Positions 1-8,793 of a DNA stretch of 64,000 nucleotides are shown piece by piece. The position numbers were made by a program, and so were the translations under genes. How positions within the stretch are numbered: position 1 is the first letter of the stretch; every line of letters begins with the position of its first letter. The stretch spans positions 800,001-864,000 of the forward strand of contig CAVYGN010000002.1 in NCBI GenBank assembly GCA_963768055.1, read 5' to 3'. Origin of the DNA: an uncultured Spirochaetota bacterium (GTDB lineage: Bacteria > Spirochaetota > Brevinematia > Brevinematales > JAOACQ01). Under the pieces are notes generated by a model. The model saw nothing but the letters and a program-made list of their open reading frames with translations, was not told where the DNA came from and searched no databases.

Positions 1-605
1 GTACGGATATTATAAAAGTAATCCCGGATATTAACGAAGGGCCTGTGGACGATCCTTCCAGGTTGAAAGCTGTAATCGTAAAAACGGTCGATAATTTCGC
101 TGTCGCTAACGCCTCTGGCTTCCAGAAAATAGTCCGGATAACCGGCTGGACGGAGGACCCATTTGTCGATAAAACTTAATATTAACAGGATGTACCGCCA
201 TAATTGCTTTCCGCTGATTTCCCGGTTCCAGAATTCTTTATTTGTATCCCGTATAAAATCCTCTATATCCCATAAAAGGAAATTAATGTGGCTTGAAATT
301 GTTTCCAATGAACCGTAAGTTCCGCTTGCAATTCCGGGAAGGTTATCTGAGAGTATAGTATTTTTTCGACTTTTGAGAATACTTCCGGTCTTGATATATG
401 CATCGTATTCGCTTTTTTTTACCGGATCGATCAGAACCCTGTAAGCGTTATTGATCACTTTAAATTTAGTCTCGGATTCCGGAGAATTGTTGTTTTTGTC
501 CGGGTGGTAAAGCAGAGCCAGTTTCCTGAATGATGATTTTATAACTTCAATAGAAGCATTTTCAGGTATGTTAAGGATTTCATAGTATGTGGAATATGTC
601 ATCAT
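1..605 (-). CDS. J-domain (DnaJ-like, class C) protein, truncated by the left window edge
   Basis: Manual translation from ATG at 605/602: MMTYSTYYEILNIPENASIEVIKSSFRKLALLYHPDKN...NNAYRVLIDP, a J-domain with the HPD motif; no G/F or zinc-finger region follows. Confidence 0.85.
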   Translation of the reverse strand, partial: MMTYSTYYEILNIPENASIEVIKSSFRKLALLYHPDKNNNSPESETKFKVINNAYRVLIDPVKKSEYDAYIKTGSILKSRKNTILSDNLPGIASGTYGSLETISSHINFLLWDIEDFIRDTNKEFWNREISGKQLWRYILLILSFIDKWVLRPAGYPDYFLEARGVSDSEIIDRFYDYSFQPGRIVHRPFVNIRDYFYNIR

Positions 606-669
606 AAACTCTATTATTACGCGGCCGGCTAGGCGCAACCAGCGAGAGGCAGGTTGGAACTTTTGCCGG

Positions 670-1368
670 TTACCGCGTATGCCGAATCTCGGCTTCACTT
701 TTTCTTAAATAAACAGGCACTATCCTGCCGGGATCAAAATCTTCTTCTTTAGCAGGCAAGTTATATGCTATATCGCAGATTGCGCCGCCGGATATTACTG
801 CGCCGGGGATATGTACGCAATCCTTGCCCGGTATTTTTATAAAATAATTCATGTACTTTGTCAAGCCATCTCCAAGAAAGATAACGGTTTTATTTTTTCG
901 ACGCTTTATAATAAGAGCAAGTTCGCCGGGTTCAATATCATAATCTTCGGTAATCCTTTTGCCGCCCTCGAAAAGGGCCGTGAAAACTTTATTAAGTCTT
1001 GCGTCAATAAGGGGAATTACAAGAGGTTTGTTAAAAAACAAGGCTGCCGGAATAGATTTAACAAGCAATTCCAGGGAAGAAAGCCCGACGATCCTTTTTT
1101 TTAGGGCCCATGCAATGGATTTGGCGGTTGTTATTCCTATTCTAAGCCCTGTAAAGGAACCCGGGCCGACGCCGACGGCGATAACATCGATATCCTGCAA
1201 GGACTTTTTTAGTATATCAAGACCTGCATTGACGGAGTAGAGTAATTTTTCTTCCTGGCTTAATGGAGCCTTGATATGCATTTCAAGCCTGCAGTGGTGA
1301 GGAACTGAAAAGTACAAACCTATTGCAGTGTCCTCGAGGAAAGAGGTATCTATCCCTAAAATATTCAT
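670..1368 (-). CDS. tsaB: tRNA threonylcarbamoyladenosine biosynthesis protein TsaB
   Basis: ILGIDTS, GPGSFTGLRIG, IDAR and PVYLRKSEAE motifs. Confidence 0.93.
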   Translation of the reverse strand: MNILGIDTSFLEDTAIGLYFSVPHHCRLEMHIKAPLSQEEKLLYSVNAGLDILKKSLQDIDVIAVGVGPGSFTGLRIGITTAKSIAWALKKRIVGLSSLELLVKSIPAALFFNKPLVIPLIDARLNKVFTALFEGGKRITEDYDIEPGELALIIKRRKNKTVIFLGDGLTKYMNYFIKIPGKDCVHIPGAVISGGAICDIAYNLPAKEEDFDPGRIVPVYLRKSEAEIRHTR

Positions 1369-1387
1369 AAATATTAATTACCCTTGG

Positions 1388-1933
1388 TTACTTTTTTTGA
1401 AAAATGGAAAGGGATGTGTCTCCATATCGTTTTTCGATAATAAAAAAAGGATATTCGGAGAAATTATTCTTATTTCCATGCTCAAGAATAAATATACCAT
1501 TATTTTTTAATAATGAGAGGGTAATTTTGTATAATTCGTCAAAGTGATACTCCACATCCCTGTAGAACGGATCGGCGAATATTATATCAAAAGGTTCAAT
1601 CGGGGAATTAGTGAAAAGTTCGCCAAGTTGAAGTACATTATGCTTGATATAACGGTATCTTTCCTTATCTTGAACAATAGAATCCAAGTTTTTTTTTAAA
1701 AACATATAATTCTTTTTAGCGTCTTCCACAAAGCAGGAAAATGCGGCTCCGTTTGAAAGAGCTTCTATGCCTATAGCGCCGCTTCCGCAGTAAAGATCTA
1801 AAAACCTTGAACCGTTGATGATACTCTGAATGATATTCATTACCGCAAGCCTGACTTTGTCTGCGGTTGGTTTGATGCCGGATTTCGGGATCATAAGTGT
1901 TTGGCCCTTAAATATGCCTGAAGATATCCGCAT
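1388..1933 (-). CDS. rsmD: 16S rRNA m2G966 methyltransferase RsmD
   Basis: MRISSG..KG, KPT.DKVR, LDLYCGSGAIGIEALS, DPFY motif and KRYGDT. Confidence 0.9.
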   Translation of the reverse strand: MRISSGIFKGQTLMIPKSGIKPTADKVRLAVMNIIQSIINGSRFLDLYCGSGAIGIEALSNGAAFSCFVEDAKKNYMFLKKNLDSIVQDKERYRYIKHNVLQLGELFTNSPIEPFDIIFADPFYRDVEYHFDELYKITLSLLKNNGIFILEHGNKNNFSEYPFFIIEKRYGDTSLSIFQKK

Positions 1934-1936
1934 TTA

Positions 1937-2644
1937 TTATCCTTCCTGAATGATGGTCCCGACATTGTCTCCGGATATTGCATTTTTTATATTTCCCTCT
2001 GTAAAAATATTAAGGACCATGATCGGAAGTTTGTTATCCATACATAAAGTTATTGCTGTTGAATCCATGATTTTAAGTTTTTTGTTAAGGACTTCCTGAT
2101 ATGAGATCTTTTCATACCTTTCAGCTTCCGGAAATTTTTTAGGGTCTTTAGTATAAACTCCGTCTACTTTAGTCGCCTTCATCATAATCTCTGCGTTGAT
2201 CTCGATAGCCCTTAGAACTGCTGCGGTATCTGTTGAAAAATATGGATTGCCGGTACCTCCTGCAAATATTACTATGCGTCCCTTTTCGAGGTGGCGTATG
2301 GCCCGTCTTCGAATAAAAGGTTCCGCCACAGACGCTACATTTATCGCCGATTGAACGCGAGTCTGAACTTTATATTTTTCTTCCAGTACGGATTGGAGTG
2401 CAAGGGAGTTGATAATTGTCGCAAGCATTCCCATATAATCGGCTGTAGTCCTGAGTACGCCGAAATTGCCCGCATCAGTGCCTCTGATTATATTGCCGCC
2501 GCCGACCACTACGCCGAGGGACACATCCAGTTCCGAGGCATCGGATATTTGCTTGGCGACTTCGCTTATCGCGTTGTAATCGAGACCGTCTTTCTCGCCC
2601 CCGAAAACCTCACCGCTGACCTTTAATAAAACTTTTTTATACAT
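1937..2644 (-). CDS. pyrH: UMP kinase
   Basis: LLKVSGE, VVGGGNIIRG, GTGNPYFSTDTAA; start MYKK at 2644 preceded by AAGGAG. Confidence 0.97.
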   Translation of the reverse strand: MYKKVLLKVSGEVFGGEKDGLDYNAISEVAKQISDASELDVSLGVVVGGGNIIRGTDAGNFGVLRTTADYMGMLATIINSLALQSVLEEKYKVQTRVQSAINVASVAEPFIRRRAIRHLEKGRIVIFAGGTGNPYFSTDTAAVLRAIEINAEIMMKATKVDGVYTKDPKKFPEAERYEKISYQEVLNKKLKIMDSTAITLCMDNKLPIMVLNIFTEGNIKNAISGDNVGTIIQEG

Positions 2645-2678
2645 ACGACACTCCTTTTTTTCTAAGGAATGCAAAATA

Positions 2679-2749
2679 AAGGCGGGCCCCTCACCGCTTT
2701 GTCTGGCTTACTTTGTTAGGGCCAACAAACTGGTGAGGGGGCCCGCTTT
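2679..2749. terminator. Long GC-rich intergenic hairpin between tsf and pyrH (terminator or processing site)
   Basis: Inverted repeat GCGGGCCCCTCACC...GGTGAGGGGGCCCGC with inner TTTGTCTGGC/GCCAACAAA pairing; U-rich tail on the minus strand. Confidence 0.55.
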
Positions 2750-2771
2750 CAATAATGTATTTATTACAATT

Positions 2772-3590
2772 TTACAGAGAGACCCTTATAAAGGAATTAA
2801 CTTTAAGAGGTATGCCCTTTTCTTTAACAAATTCTTCAAGGACCTGCCCCACCTTTTTCTCCTCGTCGAGAATATACATCTGTTCAAGCAGTACATTTTC
2901 GTTGTAATACTTTTCAAGCTTACCCTTTACAATATTTTCAATGATTTTTTCGGGTTTGCCCGTCGCCTTGGCTTCTTCGGTAAAAGTTTTTTTAAGTTCG
3001 GCAACTATGTTTAGAGGAATAGTTTTTGATTCGACCGCAACCGGATTCATGGCTGTGATCTGCATCGCTATATTTTTCATCATCTGCTTGACTTCTTCGT
3101 TGATTTTGCCTGCTTCGAAGTCGGCGATCACTGCAACTTTCCCTAAATGCAGATATGGGAATAAATCTTTTCCCTTCATTATAAAACGCCATTCGGAAAC
3201 AAGAATATTCTCTCCCAGTTTAGCGATAATGTTTCTCCTGAGGTTCTCTACATCGTCAGGAAGAGTGGCTGAAAAAGGATATTCTTTACTGAAAATGACG
3301 TCTTTAACCTCGCTCACGAATTTTTTAAAATCATCGGTTTGTGCGACAAAATCGGTTTCGCAATTTACTTTCAGAATAAGGCCTTTGTCCTTTCCGCACT
3401 CATATACGACTAAACCTTCTTTTGCTTCCCTGCCGGCTTTTTTATCGGCTTTTCCCAGGCCCTTTTTTTTGAGAATTTCGACCGCTTTATCCACATCTCC
3501 TTTCGTTTCCTTAAGGGTAAGCTTGCAGTCGACTACACCGGCCCCGGTCTTTTCTTTTACTTCTTTTATCAAATTAATGCTGATTTCCAT
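2772..3590 (-). CDS. tsf: Elongation factor Ts
   Basis: KEKTGAGVVDCK, NCETDFVA, downstream of rpsB. Confidence 0.97.
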   Translation of the reverse strand: MEISINLIKEVKEKTGAGVVDCKLTLKETKGDVDKAVEILKKKGLGKADKKAGREAKEGLVVYECGKDKGLILKVNCETDFVAQTDDFKKFVSEVKDVIFSKEYPFSATLPDDVENLRRNIIAKLGENILVSEWRFIMKGKDLFPYLHLGKVAVIADFEAGKINEEVKQMMKNIAMQITAMNPVAVESKTIPLNIVAELKKTFTEEAKATGKPEKIIENIVKGKLEKYYNENVLLEQMYILDEEKKVGQVLEEFVKEKGIPLKVNSFIRVSL

Positions 3591-3603
3591 TAACGGCTCC
3601 TGC

Positions 3604-4416
3604 TTAATCCTTTTTGATTAGGGCGTCTTCAATATCTTCAACTTCTTCATATTCGGCCGGGGTTTCAACTTCGCTGGCCATTGTTTCTTCAATAGCTTCT
3701 TCCGCGTCTTTTTTAGCGGCAAAAGTGGAACCCTCGATAACTGCGTCCGCCATAATCGATGTCAGGAGTTTTACAGATCTTATAGCATCGTCGTTTCCCG
3801 GGACTATGTAATCAAGCAGATCGGGGTCGCAGTTTGTGTCGGCTATGCCGAAGACCTTTACTCCCAGCGCTTTAGCTTCAAGAACCGCATTGATCTCTCT
3901 TTTTATATCGACGATCCATATCGCGTTAGGTATTCTTTTCATGTCGCGCAAACCCTCGTAAAAGGATTTCATTTTGGTGATTTCCCTTTCAATTTCAAGG
4001 GCCTCTCTTTTTGAGATGGTTTCCCTTTCACTTTCTAATTTCTTTTCAAGCCTTTTCATCTTATCTATACTTTTTCTTATCGTTGAATAATTAGTGAGGG
4101 TACCGCCCAGCCATCTCTTTGTTACATACGGCATTCCGCATCTTGCAGCTTCTTCGAATACTGAAACCTGGGCCTGTTTTTTTGTTCCCACGAATAAGAC
4201 AAGCCCTTCCTGTGATATTATTTCTTTTAGTGCGGTATAAGCTGTTTTCAGCTTCTCCATTGTATGCCTTAAATCTATAATATAAATACCGTTTCTTTTC
4301 ACAAAGATAAAGGGTTTCATCTTGGGGTTCCATCTTTTTGTCTGATGCCCGAAATGGACTCCGGCCTCAAGCAAACCGCTCATAAGTTCTTTTTCATCGT
4401 AAATTATACTAGCCAT
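3604..4416 (-). CDS. rpsB: 30S ribosomal protein S2
   Basis: LLEAGVHFGHQTKRWNPKM, RWLGGTLTN, PGNDDAIRS. Confidence 0.98.
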   Translation of the reverse strand: MASIIYDEKELMSGLLEAGVHFGHQTKRWNPKMKPFIFVKRNGIYIIDLRHTMEKLKTAYTALKEIISQEGLVLFVGTKKQAQVSVFEEAARCGMPYVTKRWLGGTLTNYSTIRKSIDKMKRLEKKLESERETISKREALEIEREITKMKSFYEGLRDMKRIPNAIWIVDIKREINAVLEAKALGVKVFGIADTNCDPDLLDYIVPGNDDAIRSVKLLTSIMADAVIEGSTFAAKKDAEEAIEETMASEVETPAEYEEVEDIEDALIKKD

Positions 4417-4453
4417 ACCCTATAATGCCTCCATGAGGAATTTATTGACATTT

Positions 4454-4482
4454 AATTTAAGAGGAATGGAGGTTTTTGTCAA
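4454..4482 (-). promoter_or_regulatory. Putative sigma70 promoter of the rpsB operon
   Basis: TTGACA-N17-TAAATT on the minus strand upstream of rpsB. Confidence 0.5.
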
Positions 4483-5732
4483 ATTTTATCAGCGTATCTT
4501 CCATATAATCTGTAAAATAGACTGAAATTATTATTTTTTACTGAATTAAGAAAAAAGGGAATAGACGCATCAGCGCCTTGCATAAACGAATAAAAATCTA
4601 AAATCTCTGAAAATCCTCCCTCTGTATTACCGGTAATTTCATACGGAGAAGCTATTACAAATTTTGTTCCGTTTTCAAGAAGGTTTAAAATAACCCCGTC
4701 GGTCTCAAGTCCTGTAAAACAGCAATTCAGAAAAGCCATATGAACTCTTTTTGAATAAAATACACGGTCTGTTAATACTTTATTGAGCTCAATCATCCCT
4801 TTACCGCTATGTATTTCCCCATGCCCGGAAAAATGGAAATAGCATGAATTCCTGACCTCATATTTACAGCCCTGATATGCTTCATCGCTGATCGCTTCAA
4901 TATCGAAACGGTTTTCCAGGAGTTTTTTAAGGGAGTTTATTTCCCCTGTGTTATCAATTTTGTTTGAAAAAATTATTGTAAAATTTTGGGTTAAATGGGC
5001 AGGTTCCCTTACAGGCATTGGCAGAAGATACTGTACAATGGTACGGTTTAGAATTTCAAGGGGCAGATAAATTCCCTTTCCGTTTATATAAACGTCAAGG
5101 AGTGAATAATCGTTCCTGCCGCAATTCTCAGGAGCAAGGGGGATGCCGAGTTTAATAAATATATTTTCAATCATTTCCCTGATTATTGTTTTTATTTCAT
5201 CGATTTGTGAAATATTTGAATTTTTTATGGCTGTATCGATTTCCTTTCGCAGGCCGTGAAGTTCTTCCTGTAAACCGATCCATTTTTCCCATTGTAAATA
5301 GTTTTCAATAAAAATTTCATCCTGAGTATTGTGATAAATGAAACGGATATAAGATCCTTTTTTTATTCTGATATTAAGTACCGGAGGCCTTGCCCTGGCA
5401 AGGGACGAACCGATAGAGATCCATCCCAAGGCCGTATTTTCGGGAACGATATGGTATCTTTTCTGAGAGAAAAGGGATTCATAAACGCCCCGGCTGATTG
5501 CCGTTTTATTATATTCTGAAAAACGTATCGAAAGTTTTTTTGAAGGGCCTCCTGAAGCTCCCGTGCGGGATGTTTCAAGGCCAAATACTCTAAATTTTGT
5601 AACCTGTTCATTATCGAAGACGTGGATTAAATCGCCGGTTTTTATGAATTTTTCAAGATTCCCTGCCAGTCCATTGTCTATAAAAATATAGCGTCCGAGA
5701 ATTTTAATTTCCTGGGAACGTATACAGATCAT
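4479..5732 (-). CDS. CHAT/caspase-like domain protein
   Basis: C-terminal FHFSGHG and FLNCCFTG match the His/Cys dyad motifs of CHAT domains, followed by GTKFVIASPYEI. Confidence 0.6.
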   Translation of the reverse strand: MICIRSQEIKILGRYIFIDNGLAGNLEKFIKTGDLIHVFDNEQVTKFRVFGLETSRTGASGGPSKKLSIRFSEYNKTAISRGVYESLFSQKRYHIVPENTALGWISIGSSLARARPPVLNIRIKKGSYIRFIYHNTQDEIFIENYLQWEKWIGLQEELHGLRKEIDTAIKNSNISQIDEIKTIIREMIENIFIKLGIPLAPENCGRNDYSLLDVYINGKGIYLPLEILNRTIVQYLLPMPVREPAHLTQNFTIIFSNKIDNTGEINSLKKLLENRFDIEAISDEAYQGCKYEVRNSCYFHFSGHGEIHSGKGMIELNKVLTDRVFYSKRVHMAFLNCCFTGLETDGVILNLLENGTKFVIASPYEITGNTEGGFSEILDFYSFMQGADASIPFFLNSVKNNNFSLFYRLYGRYADKI

Positions 5733-5737
5733 AAATT

Positions 5738-6622
5738 CTACGGCGACTTTACAACAATTACCTGGGATTCGTTGATTTTCTTGACGGATTTCGGATTTGC
5801 AAAAAGCCTAGCCGCATCCTGATTGTTCAGAACAAAACTTGTATTCATTTTTCCGGTAAGGCTGAACGGTATAGTGTAAAAAACCCTTTCCCCGGACCTG
5901 GGGGAGATAAAAGCATTGTAAAGGCTTGTGGTATATTCACAAATACCGAGTTTTTCCAGGTACGATTTGTCAACCGTTTCGGGTCCATAAAGCAGAATGC
6001 CGTCCTCATCAAATATCCTCATCTGAATACTCGGATTGAATTCCTTGTATGAGAGCGTATCGATTATCAAACCGTCGAAATATTCTGTATCTTTGGTTTC
6101 CGGCTGCACATAATTGGTTAATTCCTTTTTTTCCAGATCGCGGAAAAAAACAGCGGCGATACCGTTCTTGCCGAAAATCGAAAGTTCGGCTATTCCGTAT
6201 ACTGTTTTCTCTTTTTCAATCATCGGGTAATAAACCGCTTTATCTGCATAAGATATTATTTCATACCTGACATCGTTTTTTATTGAATAGTAATCTTTAA
6301 GCAGGTATAAATCGGAAACCCTTACATAACCCATCGCCTTTATAAGGTTTTGGCGAAGTTCATCCCTTACCTGGGATTCGTAATCATTAATAATCTTCCC
6401 GATATTAGGGCTGTCTTCTTTTATATCGATTGAAATTTCTGTTCTTACAATACCGGCCGTCCAGTCGATGATGCTGTTATAATCCGGGATATTTTCAACA
6501 AGGTCGCTTTTTGAATTACTTGCGCTATTCCATGTTTCTGTAGCCGTATTTTGAGCATAATAAGAAGAATTAAAAATGAATAAAAACCCGGTTAAAAAAA
6601 GTGAAAAAAATAAACGATTCAA
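5738..6622 (-). CDS. Exported conserved hypothetical protein
   Basis: 294-aa ORF with N-terminal signal-like hydrophobic segment; IDWTAG and GLIID...RIFDEDG..LYGP motifs; TTG start with GGGAG RBS. Confidence 0.7.
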   Translation of the reverse strand: MNRLFFSLFLTGFLFIFNSSYYAQNTATETWNSASNSKSDLVENIPDYNSIIDWTAGIVRTEISIDIKEDSPNIGKIINDYESQVRDELRQNLIKAMGYVRVSDLYLLKDYYSIKNDVRYEIISYADKAVYYPMIEKEKTVYGIAELSIFGKNGIAAVFFRDLEKKELTNYVQPETKDTEYFDGLIIDTLSYKEFNPSIQMRIFDEDGILLYGPETVDKSYLEKLGICEYTTSLYNAFISPRSGERVFYTIPFSLTGKMNTSFVLNNQDAARLFANPKSVKKINESQVIVVKSP

Positions 6623-6644
6623 TTATAAACTCCCGATCTTATTA

Positions 6645-6671
6645 TTATCGGCAGCGCGCCAGGCATCCTGA
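6645..6671 (-). promoter_or_regulatory. Putative sigma28 (FliA) promoter
   Basis: TCAG-N15-GCCGATAA on the minus strand, 22 nt upstream of the 5738..6622 start. Confidence 0.55.
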
Positions 6672-6673
6672 GG

Positions 6674-6958
6674 TTACCAGAATTTGATATCGAATCCGTT
6701 AAATTCGTTATTATCCGTATCCTCGATCTTATAATCGATGTTTTCTACTCTCGACCCTGTCGGGCCTTTTCTCAGGTAAAGCAGAAAATCGTTTATCTGA
6801 TTTTCATCCCCGACAGCGACAGTTTTAACATCCCCGGCCGGAAGATTGGCAACCCAGCCTGTGACGCCTATCATTTCCGCCTTATCAAGAACATAATATC
6901 GGAAACCGACGCCCTGCACACGCCCGGATATCACTGCCTTGATTTTTTTTAACGGCAT
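6674..6958 (-). CDS. acyP: Acylphosphatase
   Basis: GRVQGVGFRY, GWVAN, GPTGSRV. Confidence 0.95.
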   Translation of the reverse strand: MPLKKIKAVISGRVQGVGFRYYVLDKAEMIGVTGWVANLPAGDVKTVAVGDENQINDFLLYLRKGPTGSRVENIDYKIEDTDNNEFNGFDIKFW

Positions 6959-6977
6959 CTGTCATATCCTTTAGTTA

Positions 6978-7589
6978 TCATCGCGTAATGAGTATGACGC
7001 ATCCTTCGGAAAAGAAATTCGGGAATAACATGCCCGTTTTATGTTTATTACCCCGTATATAAACAATTTTTTTTAATTTTATCCCCCGTTTTTTGCAGAA
7101 TTCCTTGAAATCCGCCAGGGTCAGGAGATGGATATTGGGAGTGTTGTACCAGTCATGCGGCAGGGTTTTGGATTTAGGCATTCTTCCGCCCATAAACAGT
7201 TTGAGCCTTACCTGATAAAATCCAAAATTCGGAAAACTTACAATTCCGTAGTTGCCGATCCTGAGGATTTCATCAATCAGGACGTCCGGAAAAGTGAGTT
7301 CCTGGATTGTCTGGCTAAGGATCACATAGTCATAAGCATGGTCCCTGATATTATCGAATTTTTCATTGAGGTCGTGTTCAATTACAGGTATGCCTTTTTC
7401 TATGCAGCTGATTATCCGTTTATGGTCGATTTCAATGCCCATTCCCTTGACTGATTTATTGTGAATCAGGTAATCGAGAAGAGTCCCTTCACCGCATCCC
7501 AGATCGAGAACGCTTGAACCCTTTAATATCCAATTGGCGATAATTGTCAGGTCGGCCCTGTTTTCGAGAAGCGACAGGAGCTTTTTCAT
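6978..7589 (-). CDS. metW: Methionine biosynthesis protein MetW
   Basis: VLDLGCGEG, VSFPNFG, WYNTPNIH; directly downstream of metX. Confidence 0.93.
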   Translation of the reverse strand: MKKLLSLLENRADLTIIANWILKGSSVLDLGCGEGTLLDYLIHNKSVKGMGIEIDHKRIISCIEKGIPVIEHDLNEKFDNIRDHAYDYVILSQTIQELTFPDVLIDEILRIGNYGIVSFPNFGFYQVRLKLFMGGRMPKSKTLPHDWYNTPNIHLLTLADFKEFCKKRGIKLKKIVYIRGNKHKTGMLFPNFFSEGCVILITR

Positions 7590-7590
7590 G

Positions 7591-8775
7591 CTACTCGCCT
7601 CCTTTTCTTATTCCAGCCTGGGATGCATAATACTTATCATGAGTCGCCCTGAGATAATGGTTGATAATTTCAGCCTGTGTATCTACTTCGATCAGGAACG
7701 CGTCATGACCGTACGAGGTTTCGATATTTATATAGGTGACGTCTTTTTTCTGCTTCATTAACGCGTCGACGATTTCCTTGGATTGATAGGGAGGAAAAAG
7801 CCAGTCTGAAGTAAATGAAAGAATAAGGGTCCTCGACTTGATATCCTTAAAAGCCTTATCAAGTTTGCCACCGCCATATGACTCAGCTGCGTCAAAGTAA
7901 TCCATTGCTTTTGTTACATAAAGATAACTGTTCGCGTCAAAACGTTCGACAAATTTATTGCCCTGGTGGTCGAGATAGCTTTCAACCTGGAATTCGTTGG
8001 AAAAATCATAGCTGAAAACATCTTTGTCCTGTAGCCTTCTGCCGAATTTTTTATGCATTGATTCGTCGCTTAGATAAGTAATATGACCGATCATCCTTGC
8101 GATAGAAACACCCTCCGCAGGCAGCTCGTCTCCGTAGTAATTACCGTTTTTCCATCGGCTGTCGGATATTATGGCTTTCCTTCCTACGGCATTGAATGCT
8201 ATACTTTGAGCTGATGAACGGCTTGTCGCGGCTATAATAATACATGATACAGGAATATCCGGATACCTGAGAATCCATTCCAGGGCCTGCATTCCGCCCA
8301 TTGATCCCCCGATCACGTTAAGGAGCTTTTTTATTCCAAGATGGTCGATAAGGCGTTTCTGCACTTTAACAAGGTCCCCGATAGTGACCACAGGGAAGCT
8401 TATACCATATGGTTTTCCTGTATCCGGATCTATGCTGGAAGGGCCTGTGGTGCCCATGCATCCGCCTAAAATATTTGAGCATATTACGAAATACTTATCG
8501 GTATCCAGGGCTTTGCCCGGTCCTATAAAATTTTCCCACCAGCCTGGATTATGGCCCTGGGATTTATGAAATCCTGCGGCATGGGCGCTGCCGGAAAGAG
8601 CATGACAGACCAGAACCGCATTGGACTTATCCTCATTCAAAAACCCGTAAGTTTCATATGCTACCGTTATCGGGCCGAATCTCCGCCCCGAATCGAGTTC
8701 GATAAAATTATCTCCTGTATCGGAAAGATCAAAATATCCGGTTTCAACGATGCCGACGCTTTTTTTATCCTCTAT
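7591..8775 (-). CDS. metX: Homoserine O-acetyltransferase (start extended to a non-canonical ATA)
   Basis: HALSGSAH, GGSMGGMQ nucleophile, GHDAFL. The conserved N-terminal SVGIVET...AYETYG lies in frame upstream of the ORF-track TTG at 8640; GGAGG is 6 nt before ATA at 8775. Gene identity is secure, the exact start is inferred. Confidence 0.9.
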   Translation of the reverse strand: MEDKKSVGIVETGYFDLSDTGDNFIELDSGRRFGPITVAYETYGFLNEDKSNAVLVCHALSGSAHAAGFHKSQGHNPGWWENFIGPGKALDTDKYFVICSNILGGCMGTTGPSSIDPDTGKPYGISFPVVTIGDLVKVQKRLIDHLGIKKLLNVIGGSMGGMQALEWILRYPDIPVSCIIIAATSRSSAQSIAFNAVGRKAIISDSRWKNGNYYGDELPAEGVSIARMIGHITYLSDESMHKKFGRRLQDKDVFSYDFSNEFQVESYLDHQGNKFVERFDANSYLYVTKAMDYFDAAESYGGGKLDKAFKDIKSRTLILSFTSDWLFPPYQSKEIVDALMKQKKDVTYINIETSYGHDAFLIEVDTQAEIINHYLRATHDKYYASQAGIRKGGE

Positions 8776-8793
8776 CTCCAGCCTCCGGAAAAG

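Noticed and set aside
2679..2749. Hairpin as SRP RNA or 6S RNA
   Set aside because: It lacks the SRP helix-8 GNRA loop and AGCAG motif on either strand and is too short for 6S
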